Assembly: GCF_020745735.1 (NCBI RefSeq)
Contig: NC_083415.1
Span: forward strand, 8,883,731 to 8,947,730
Origin: Hemiscyllium ocellatum
Lineage: Eukaryota
Length of the DNA stretch: 64,000 nt
Reading direction: 5' to 3'
Each line of letters begins with the position of its first letter. Positions within the stretch are counted from its first letter, which is position 1. Position numbers and translations under genes: made by a program. Positions 52,129 through 62,800 of the stretch are shown here, piece after piece. Below the pieces are notes generated by a model. That model was given only the letters and a program-made list of their open reading frames with translations, had not been told where the DNA came from and did not search any database.

Positions 52129-53011
52129 CAGAGCTGAAAATGTGTTGCTGCCTGACCTGCTGCGCTTTTCCAGCATCCAAGGAGCAGGAGAATTGATGTT
52201 TGGGGCATAAGCCCTTCTTCAGGAATGAGGAAAGTGTGCCAAGCAGGCTAAGATAAAAGGTAGGGAGGAGGGACTTGGGGGAGGGGCATGGGAAATGCGA
52301 TAGGTGGAAGGAGGTCAAGGTGAGGGTGATAGGCCAGAATGGGGTGGGGGCGGCGAGGTCAGGAAGAAGATTGCAGGTTAGGAAGGTGGTGCTGAGTTTG
52401 AGGGATTTGACTGAGACAAGGTGGGGGGAGGGGAAATGAGGAAACTGGAGAAATCCAGGTTCATCCCTTGTGGTTGGAGGGTTCCTAGGCGGAAGATGAG
52501 GCGCTCTTCCTCCAGCCGTCATGTTGCTATGGTCTGGTGATGGAGGAGTCCAAGGACCTGCATGTCATTGGTGGAGTGGGAGGGGGAGTTGAAGTGTTGA
52601 GCCACGGGGTGGTTGGGTTGGTTGGTCCGGGTGTTCCCTGAAACTTTCTGCAAGTAGGCGGCCTGTGTCCCCAATATAGAGGAGGCCAGCACCGCCTTCC
52701 TAACCTGCACTCAGCATCGCCTTCCTAACCTGCAATCTTCTTCCTGACCTCTCCGCCCCCACCCCCACTCCGGCCTATCACCCTCACCTTGACCTCCTTC
52801 CACCTATTGTATTTCCAATGCCCCTCCCCCAAGTCCCTCCTCCCTACCTTTTATCTTAGCCTGCTTGGCACACCTTCCTCATTCCTGAAGAAGGGCTCAT
52901 GCCCGATACGTCCATTCTCCTGCTCCTTGGATGCTGCCTGACCTGCTGCGCTTTTCCAGCAACACATTTTCAGCCCTGATCTCCAGCATCTGCAGTCCTC
53001 ACTTTCTCCTA
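52129..53011. mobile_element. Penelope-like element, family B (probably Neptune-type), inverted-arm structure
   Basis: The minus strand of about 52686-52440 encodes a decayed GIY-YIG end (GLLYIGDTGRLLAESFREH / RTNQPNHPVAQHFNSPSH...*RLEEERLIFRLGTLQPQGMN). About 52712-52980 is an inverted copy of about 52130-52395, plus a tail to 53011. TSD GTAAACTGAAAT at 52117-52128 and 53012-53023. Confidence 0.88.
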
Positions 53012-53626
53012 GTAAACTGAAATTAGACAGGTTTTAAATTTATGATTTCTAATCCCAGCCTTTGGATGACCAGGTTAAATAGCTCAGCCTCATTTGGGTC
53101 CCCCTAGTGAAAACAAATTCCCAATTTACCCTTGGGTCTACACTTTTGCACTTGCGCGTGGACCGGAATGGTGTTTTGTGTTTAAGAAGAATACTTGTTG
53201 ATACAGCTTGCCAAGGAATCCTGATCCATGGCTGGTCCTTTAGGAAACGTTAAGTGTCTCCCTAGAGTCGCTCTAATAAGCTGAGGTCCTCCTGGTTGAT
53301 TTGAAGCTAATCCTGGTTAGTTGGTCTTCATGACCACTCAGACTCCAGTATATCTGTCCTTTTTCAGTGTGAATCTCTGAGCAATTCGGGCAATATTTTC
53401 TGCTGGTGAAGGTGCAAATTGGAAATGATTTGAACCATCTTTGTTATTTGATATTAGAAAGTGTGTGAGAGGAATTTGTACGTTTCTGACCGTTTTAATG
53501 CATTAACACAAATTTCAAGCATGCTTTTCATATCATTGCTTTTGAAGAGGCATATGCTGACACTCCGACTGACTGACTATTTCCTAAACACTGAGAGTAG
53601 GGATTGTTGGGTGTCTGCAGGCTCAA

Positions 53627-53662
53627 CTCCAAGTTGCACTCCAAGTTGCTCCCCAAGTTGCT
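53627..53662. repeat. 12-bp tandem repeat x3 (CYCCAAGTTGCW)
   Basis: ctccaagttgca ctccaagttgct ccccaagttgct. Confidence 0.85.
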
Positions 53663-56419
53663 CCCTGGCAACACCGCCTGAGCTGAGTGGAATAATTAAA
53701 CATTGGAAAACTTGTCACTAAAGCATCACAGGTTTTTCTGTTAGAGCGAGACGTGTGATAGATCTGTGTGAGAAGCCGTCCCAGCATGGTAACTATTTTG
53801 CAGCGAAGATCTGGTGTGCGCTCGTGCTTAGCCATGTGCGTGTTGAGAGAAGTTTTGATCAGCTTGTGCACACTGGTTATGGCACACCCATGGTGCAGTT
53901 AGGATCTGAAGGCAGGCTTTCGGGCCCACGGGCATGACCACTGCACCTCGAGCCTGGGTGGGATTTGAAGGTATCATTCTCATCCACGTGTTCAGATATT
54001 TTATGACACACTTCTGGACCACGTGGGACTTTAACCTGGACCTCCTGGCTTGGAGTGCCCTGAGCAGTGAACATTTGGCACATGTTTGTTTCTGCAGTGT
54101 TATTACAGTTATAGCTGCCCAGAATGGCCTCAGAGTGACCACTCGGTGCAAAATGAAATTATTCTGTCCACGTTGATCTGCTTTTTAGTCAATTAAGGTA
54201 TGTTCACTGACAGCTTTCCACCAATTATCTTGTCACTGGGTTTGGAGGTTGGGTGGGAGAAATGCTTGGAAATGGGAGTTGATGTAACATCATTCAGCGA
54301 CTGGCTGACCTTTTCACTTAGTACTCTATTTTTCAGCCTCTGTGCAACAAAGGCGCAGAATTTCAGATAAACATTGAACAGCCTGTTCAGTTGCATTTGC
54401 TGATCACTGCTGTGTAGCCTAGTCGTCTGCAAACTGTGTCTCTGCCCCCATGATGTCTCTGTAGGTACAACTCTGAAGCAATGGTGCCATCTACTGACGA
54501 CATGGGAAATGATTAACTATTGCTTATTATCATGATTTATTTATTCATAAGCTGGTCTATGGGCACTCCTCCCGCCTGCTTTTCAGAAATAATTTGTGTT
54601 CAGTAAAGGTCTATAAAGAAGGTAAATGGTGTGAAAGAATATTTAAGGTTTCGTTTATATGGTTAAGAATGGCTCAACAAATTCAGATCCTTCTTTCGCC
54701 ATGACTTGCTGACCAGCTTCCTTAACAATTTTTGTACAGTCAAAATACTTGTTCAACCAAGTAGGTTTACAATTGTCTGTATTTCTCATAAATGTATGAT
54801 GGGGAGGCTGCAAGGGGAATCTAGTATTATTGGTCTCATTGCACTGCCAAAAAAAAACCTTTTAGATTAAGGAAAGGATTAGCTTTATTTAAGAAGCCTC
54901 TTGCTGTGTGTGTGTTTTTAATTTGTTCACCAGTATTTGCTCGGCCAGCATTTATGTCCCATCCCTGATTGCCCAGAGTTACTGTGGGTCTGGAAGCCAG
55001 ACCAGGGAAGGACAGCAAAATACCTTCCCTAAAGGACATGAGTGAACCAGGTGGGTTTGTGCAACAAACAACTGTGGTTACAAAGCCTTCGTCAGTCCAG
55101 CTCTATTTTAATTCTAATTTTTTTTAATCAAAGTAAAACATTTAGCCTGATGGTCATGTGACCAGTGTAGATTGTCCAAAAACCCCACCTGGGGGGAGGG
55201 AAGAGTCTGTCCTTTCCCGTCCTGCTGTTCTGGTCCATTTGCATCTCCAGAGGCACGCCAACATGAAACGGCCCACTAGACAATCAGGGATGAGAAATGA
55301 ATGCCTGTGCATCCCTTGAACAAATACAAAACAAAATCTAGCCACAAAACTGAGACAGCGAGCAAGGTCATTGCATCACTTCCTCGATGTCTACTGTCTC
55401 AGTGGCGAGTCAGAGTTAATTTCTTGTACTTTTTACATTTGGAGATGTGTTGTGGGGGAGGTGAGATAAGATTGGTAAATAAGACGACAACTTCCTGCTA
55501 GTTTGCCAGCCATTTGTGTGAATGTTGTAGCAAGTTACATTTTTTTGTTTTGGCTTTAATTGGCCAAAGTATCTGAGCTTGGTTAGGCATGTATTTTTGT
55601 GGGTCAGCTAAAGTCTTTTGGTTGTCATTCCTACTTCCCAAGTTTACAGAGCACTCAACAATAACCAATATGAATTATGGGGAAGGGAAGTTTCTCACTG
55701 AATAGATAGTGGCTGATGCAGGATGGCAAGGAACGAGTTTACTCTGCTGAATCTGTGCTAAGACATCTCCAGTGCTTGTTGTTTTCAGTACAGATTCCAG
55801 CATCTGCAATAATTTGTTCCGACAGTTACTTTGCTTTTCTTCAAGATTAAAAGGCCTGAAAAATGCACTGTTTCCCAAGTTCACTGTTCCTCCCACACTG
55901 AGCTCTTGTGCTCAACCTCATCATATCTGTCACATTAGGATTCATTTTATTGTCAGCAGGGATGGTGGAAAACCTTGTTATTCCGATATATTCAATAGTT
56001 GAAGAACATGCCTTCCGACCTGGATAATATAACGAACCAAACAATCGAGTCATGTCTTAGAACACTGTGTGTGACTTTTGCTCATTAACATAGTCTCGTT
56101 CACACTCTTCTTCACTTTCTCTTTGCCCTCCCTCAGTTCCCATCTCTTTCTTCCACCCCACCCCACCCTACCCTGTGTGCTCCCCCCCCCCCCAATTTGG
56201 ATTAGTCACTGCTCACATTGTAAGGGACTTGGGAATCGAGTGTAGTTCCTGATTCAGCACAAAATGTTATCTAATCTTGAGCATGTGTCAAAGGGGCGAT
56301 TCAACGTAAGATCCAGAGTGTCAGGCTATGGATTACACTGCTGTTGTTTAAAATGAAGCAATGACCTGTGCTGCGATTTAAGAATAGGTTATCATGGTGG
56401 CTGAAGGAAATTGGAGATA

Positions 56420-56710
56420 CGACAGGCACATTCCAAACCCACAATCACTTCCATCTAGAAGGACAAGGGCAGCAGGTACTTGGGAACACCACCAACTGCA
56501 AGTTCCTTTCCAAACCACTCGTCACCCTGATTTGGAAATATATTGCTATTCCTTTGCTTGTGCTAAGTCACAATCCTGCCTAAGGGCGTTATTGGCCCAC
56601 CTACCGCATGTGGACTGCAGCAGTTCAAGAAAGCAGCTCACCACCACCTTCTCAAACAGGGATGTGTAATAAATGCTGGCGAGCCAGTGACACCAACGTC
56701 CCACAGGTGA
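56420..56710 (+). mobile_element. 3' end of second LINE family
   Basis: HIPNPQSLPSRRTRAAGTWEHHQLQVP, ending aataaatgctggc-gccagtgacaccaacgtccca. Confidence 0.75.
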
Positions 56711-57633
56711 AGTAAAAATGAAAATTGTGTCCACAATGCAATCTGTATGAGAGATTTGGCCCCAGAGTAATTGATGTGGAGAAACTGGAATTGTCAAAAC
56801 TATTAAAATAGATTCATGCACAATAGTGAGAGCTTTGCCCTGCTTTTCTGCATCTAACCGTGTCAGTGCGTGAAATGTCAGTCCTAGGTGTCAACATCTT
56901 GATCATAGGTAGGAAAATCAAGTGTCTCCCAGTTCTTCACAGTCACAAACACTTGTTTTCTCCAGCGTCGTCGCTATTGTAATGTTGGAAACATGGCGGT
57001 CAGTTTACACATAGCATGCTCCCACAAATAACAATGTGAAACAAATCCGATAATCTTTAAGGCTGGTAATTGAAGGAACGTTATTGGCAAAAGCCCTGGG
57101 AGGAATACTGTTGCACTAATAGAAACTGTGCTGTGGGATTTAGCCAGGGGCAGTGTCTCAAAACCGCCATCCTCTGATCCAAGTCTGGAATTGCTTAATG
57201 TTAATTTAATTAATTAACAGGCCAGTGAGTTGTTGTACTCCCCTAACAATAACCAAAATCCATGATTTGCGGCTGTAAATAAAGTTTAGGTTTTGGACAG
57301 CCAAAGTTGAGACACTTGACCTACATTGGAGCTTTTATGAATGATTTGCCTGAAAGAGGATGCTGTAAGCCTGAGGGCTGCACCAAGCCTGCCACTGTGC
57401 ATTATTTTTTCCGACTTTGGGCTGTACCCTGAAGGCTGAACTCCTGGCTAAGACAGGTTTTTGACAGACTGTGGGAGCAGCTAGTCATAATGAATTAAAA
57501 ATCTCACCAGCTGATCATTATTGGTTAGCGTGATATTACCGGACTGCCCGTACTGGAGAGAGTGCTGATTGGCTTCTGATGATATTTTGTGTTATTAATT
57601 TCACAAAACTGTAGGTTGCTGTTGATCACCCAG

Positions 57634-57699
57634 TTCATTGTATGGGAGGGAGGCCTGGGGCCTTCAGACAGCACAGTGTCAGCAGGGGGAACGCCAGAG
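57634..57699 (+). CDS. PMEPA1: PMEPA1-family middle exon (EGGLGPSDSTVSAGGTPE; 5' boundary uncertain, 57634 or 57646)
   Basis: 57646-57699 (54 nt) encodes EGGLGPSDSTVSAGGTPE, matching the family EGxLWPSxSTVSG..PE exon, with a strong donor GAG|gtaaga at 57700. There is no AG directly before 57646 (tgtatgg|GAG). The nearest in-frame upstream AG is cag 57631-57633, which adds FIVW. Confidence 0.8.
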
Positions 57700-58619
57700 G
57701 TAAGACTGCAAGGTCTAATTCTCGCTTCCACCTAATTGTACATTCCAGTCTATCATCTCCCATGCACCACAGGATAATCTGTTTTTAATGATGTTGCTTG
57801 AACGATTAAATATTGGCCAGGGCGCTGGGGAGACTATCTCCTTCTTCACATCCTGAGCTGAGCCTGTGAATGACATAAATATAGATACAGAACTTTATTT
57901 TAGACTATCTCAGCAAATACACTGCACTGACTCATCAGTCGGGACAAATGCAATACTGACTGCAGCCATATATTCAGTTTCAAATGGTAGGGAATGAGAC
58001 GGAGTGTTGCCAGCACCCTGCACTGAGGCTAGATGATTATAATTTGTACCTGGAGTAGGTGAAACAAGTATAAGGTAATTACAGCTAATCCAGGGATGCC
58101 TAGATCTGATGTTTGTGGCTTGTAACACCTGTCTTCAGTCATAGTCTCGTCGCGCACGCAACACTATGATAAAGGTGGCTGATTGGCTGTGTAGGGTTTA
58201 GGTGTGCAGGCTGTGGAGGTGATGAATGTAGCAGTAGCTGTAGTTTACATTGACCAATACGTCCAGCAGAGCAACTGCACTTTGTGACATTAGCCTGAAG
58301 CTCTGTAAAAGCTTCACCCAGCACAGTGCAACAAGCAATCTTTGAGTCCAAGTGAAACAGCTGCCCATTCAGTATCAGTGTTTCCCCTGTCTCAGAAGTT
58401 AGCGGTGTCTGTGAGGCAGGAGGATGTTCAGGCCTCAAACTAGAACATTTAAATACAAAATCCATGTTGAAACTCAAAGCCAGTTTTAGAGGAGTGTTGC
58501 ACAGCAGCTGACTTCCCCCTCTATGAACATGAACAATCTGATCATACTGTTCAAAGAAGAATATGGAAATCTCACCAGTGCCTTGACCAATACTTTCTCT
58601 CTCAACCAATGTCAGTAAA

Positions 58620-59000
58620 ATGCTGATAGAAGTTCTTCAGGCTTTGGGAAGTCAGGAAGTGAGTGTTCATTGCAAGATTCCTAGTCACTAACTTATTTTT
58701 GTAGCCACAATACTTATGACTAGTCCAGTTCAGTTTCTGCTTGCTGGTAACCCCCAAGATGTTTATGTGGGGGATTCAACAATGGTATTGCTATTGTCAA
58801 GAGGCACTGGTTAGATTGTCTCTTATTGGAGATGGTCACTGCCAAACACTTGTGTAGCATGAATGTTACTTGCCACTTGTCAGCCCAAGTCGGGATATTG
58901 TCCAGCTCTTTCTACATTTGAACACGGACTGCTTCAGTATCTGAGGAGTCACGAATGGTGCGGAACAATGTGCAATCATCCCCACGTCTGACCTCATGAC
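58620..59000 (-). mobile_element. Internal RT-region fragment, probably of the second LINE family
   Basis: Reverse complement reads like post-catalytic-motif LINE RT sequence (DNIPTWADKWQVTF). Confidence 0.6.
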
Positions 59001-59338
59001 AGTGTTTTTGAAATCTAAGTGTGCACAAGTTAGCAATTACATTTTCCCATTATGTACACTTCAAAAGAAAAAGTTATTTGGTATTAAAGTGTGTTGGGGT
59101 GTGACATGATCACGTCAGGCGGGTTAAAATAGCAAGTCTGGTTGCATGAACCTTTGCCCTGGATTACTGAAATCTCAGTCACCTTAAATTAGAGCTTGAC
59201 AGGATCATGTGTATATTTACATCCTCGTTTTAATTTAGGGTATTTTGTTTGGCATACAGTTTTCAGCTTGTCAGTGCCATAACTGTTTGATGCTCTTGTG
59301 GGGAGTAACTGTGTGACTGTGTCTTTTTGTTCTTTCAG

Positions 59339-59884
59339 CAGCAGATCTACACACCCAGGTCGACAGACAGATTGACGGTCCCGTCTTTCCTACAACGAGA
59401 TCGGTTTAGTCGTTTTCAGCCCACTTACCCCTACCTGCAGCATGAAATTGACCTGCCCCCCACCATCTCTCTGTCAGACGGTGAGGAGCCCCCTCCCTAT
59501 CAGGGGCCATGTACCCTCCAGCTCCGTGACCCTGAACAGCAGATGGAACTGAACCGTGAGTCAGTCCGAGCACCCCCGAATAGGACTATCTTTGACAGTG
59601 ACCTGATAGACACGTCGATTTACAACAGTGGGCCCTGCCCACCAAGCAGTAACTCTGGAATCAGTGCTACCAGCTACAGCAACAATGGCCGAATGGAAGG
59701 ACCCCCGCCCACTTACAATGAGGTCATAGGTCACTACCCTGGATCGACCTTTTTCCAGCACCAGCAGAATCACGGCGTCCTCTCTGTGATGGGCAGCGAC
59801 AGACTTCAGCACCCTCAGAACCATGGCCTTGAGAGTACAGTTGTCCGGAACAGCAAAGACAAAAAGACCGGACATCCCTTCTGA
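59339..59884 (+). CDS. PMEPA1: PMEPA1-family terminal coding exon with PY motifs (PPPY, PPTY) and Smad-interaction motif (PPNR)
   Basis: Acceptor gtctttttgttctttcag|CAGCAGATC. ORF 59327..59884 gives [12 protein letters not shown]...[64 protein letters not shown]...[18 protein letters not shown]...KDKKTGHPF-stop, highly characteristic of TMEPAI/LDLRAD4. Confidence 0.96.
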   Translation, partial: QQIYTPRSTDRLTVPSFLQRDRFSRFQPTYPYLQHEIDLPPTISLSDGEEPPPYQGPCTLQLRDPEQQMELNRESVRAPPNRTIFDSDLIDTSIYNSGPCPPSSNSGISATSYSNNGRMEGPPPTYNEVIGHYPGSTFFQHQQNHGVLSVMGSDRLQHPQNHGLESTVVRNSKDKKTGHPF

Positions 59885-62800
59885 GACCCACTCTGTGCAC
59901 TTCAACTCAAACCAGGGGGCCCAGGTGAGCGGGGAGTGGGAGAGCATGGTCAGCCACACTTGCTCCTCCTTCCTCCTCTGCTCCCCCCACCCACCCCCAC
60001 CCAATTGTATAAAGTTAATACTTAGCTATGTCACATCTGAATCGAACATCAAGCATAAGGCTTCAGGTAGTTCTACTGAGCTACTTTAGATAAGGAAGTT
60101 CCAATACTCTGTGTTCCTTTAAAAAGAGACCTTAGTTTAAGCAATGTATGTAAAATGCTGTCTTTAATTATCTCACTTAACTTTAAAGAAACATTTGCAC
60201 AAAATTTTATGTTTGAAGAACCTGCAATATGTCAAATGAGAAAACTGCATGTGGAGGCAGGAGTATTTTTGTATTAGAAACGACCTATACGAAAATGACT
60301 TTTTTTTTGTTTTGTTCCCAGATGAGAGAATTGGCAATTTTTGGAGTGCCATCTCAGTGTGTCTCTAAACATTTCTGTATATTAAAAAAAGGGGGTTTGG
60401 AGTTATTTATGAACACTTTTGAAACATTGCACTATTTTGTAATATGAGTAACAAGCAGACACTTATTATAGTGATGGCCTCCAGTGTCTGCCACAGATGT
60501 ATGAACAAGCAAAGACATTCTTGGTTATAGAAGTGCTGAGCTACACAGAGAAAGTCCTACAGGCCCCAGATCTGTTGGGAAAAGAAACTGCAATGATATG
60601 TTAAAATAGAGCAAAGCTAGAGGGTTATGACATTCGGAAGAAATTGTGCTTTAAGATTAGAAAAATGGGAGTTGCAAGGAATCTCATCTGCTCTTCCTTG
60701 TGACTCTTTGTGACATGATGGACCCAGTACTGTGAATCCAGCTTGCAGGACATCTTCAGCAAAATCATCAGGATAGAAAATAGTCATGGAAAAGATAACC
60801 AAAGACACAGTCCTCTTTATACCCAGTGCGGGGTAATAAAATATGATTTGTGACAATTTTGGTACCTTTTAGCATGTCTGAAAAAAAAATGTGTAGTAAC
60901 TTTTAAGAGACCGTTCCCTTTAATGTCAACACTGGCCTCATTTTTGAATTGATTCAAGTAAATGTGATGGTGTTAATTGGATGCAAATCAAGTTTGGAAA
61001 ATTCTATATGCTTTGGGAGACGGGATAGGGGTCCAGGACAGGAATGATGACTTTGCATATCGTGACTTGGCATGGGTTGGATGTGTGAGTGAGTCACTGG
61101 TAACGCAAGGTGCACTTCCCCCCCTCCCACCCCACAAACCTATTCTTGAGGTTTAGACCAGGCAGTGTGGAGTTGGCTCATGCTTCAGAAAAGTCAAATA
61201 CTTCCTTGCCTGCTGTTCCCATTCTCTCCCAACTATAAGTTCAAAATTCCCCAAATGGAAGAAGAACAAAGTATGGCTAACTTCTTGGGAAAGGGAGGAT
61301 GAGATACAGAGGGCCGGAATGATCACTTCAAACAGGAAAGATCGTTTGGCATTTTGATCACCTCCACTTGAGCTCATAATGGCTGATATACTGACTTTGC
61401 TTTATCTGTGTATAAGTTTGATGTTTGGTATGGAGACTCCCACGTTTATGTATGACCCATTTGCTCTCGGTAGCCCAATGATTTGAAGACGGACAAGAAG
61501 TTGAGGGTTCTATACAGTCAAAAGCCCTGGTTGGATTTCCATTGCATTTATAATTTATTGACTGGCTGAAGATTGAAGATTTGATTAAAATGTACTTGTC
61601 CTCACCTCCTGATCCTGTTCCTCCAGTGGGCAATGACGTACTCAATCAACTGAAGTTCTTAATTGCACCATTACGTCCACATCTTTCCATAGTTCCCTGA
61701 CCAAGCCATTAACCCACAATCCCTGGCAGCTCCAAAGATGTATGTCTCCAGTTTTCCACTTTCAGTAACACATGAACCTCAAGATGGCGTCTACTTTCCA
61801 GTTTGTTATATTATCGGTCAGATAGTAGTGAAGCTTTAAAAAGGTGCCTATGAGATGGATCCCTCTTTTTGATTTTTGTGCCAGTATCAGGTTTGGTGCT
61901 TCACACTCAGGTTTGTGATAGCTAAAGAAATCTCTAGGGAGAGTCCATCAGACACTGACCCTATAGCTTAACACAGGGATTGGAGAATGGCAGAGATGCT
62001 GACTTGTTTAGAGCAAAGCTTGTGTTAATGGAACTCTTCAATCAGCTGGAGATAACAACAGATCCCGTACAGATCTGATGTGGTACCTTGCTTACACTGC
62101 TGTTGGAGAGAGTTACCAAGATGCATCGAACATCTTTCAGACATGTCTTCAATTCTGCCTTTGGTGTATGGGGCAAGATTAAATATTCTCTTGTCACCCA
62201 TATTCAGCAGAGTCTAAAGAGTGGTGATGTGGTCCTGTAACCTTTTGCTTGGGCACATCAGTCTCTTGCTGCCTTTGCCAGGTTTTCCAATTTGCCCATA
62301 TCATGGTCTTGGCTGCCAAGGCTGAGTGCAGTCTAAGCTCTAAGAATGAGCTGACATGCAATTTCTAGAAGGGGTGTGATCCAATCTAGAGCATCAGTCT
62401 GGCTGTTCCTGGGATGAAGAAACTTGTAATCTCCCTTCTGCTTAAAGACCTTATTGACTAGTTTCCATTCACTGGGCAGGTACATAAACTCCGCAGGGTA
62501 GCTGCCTACCACTCACCAAGTCAGCTACCTGCGTGACTCGCCTCTTCCACAGCCTACCAAATATTAGTCTTGACTTCTGATTCCTAATGGCCAAGTTAGG
62601 TTAAAATTGTCTTAGAGTCTGAGTAGATTTTAACTGAGTTGTGAATGGCCTGTCAATCTCCTAAGTTAATCAGTCTGCAGAAAGTAACCAAGGTAGAGAT
62701 TATAGTTAAATCCATATTTGCCATTTATCCTCCAGTTCCTGCTTTATTGCTGCATGACATGGACACATGCACTGTGCAGTTTAGCACTGCAGCTGCCATT

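Noticed and set aside
51884-52522. 212-aa minus ORF
   Set aside because: It spans Penelope terminal repeat and adjacent CR1 fragment; accidental read-through.
53627-53662. CRISPR-like or coding repeat
   Set aside because: Only three adjacent 12-mers without spacers in a vertebrate intron; a simple tandem duplication.
59561-60004. 147-aa antisense ORF over the terminal exon
   Set aside because: Shadow ORF of the real coding strand with no independent support.
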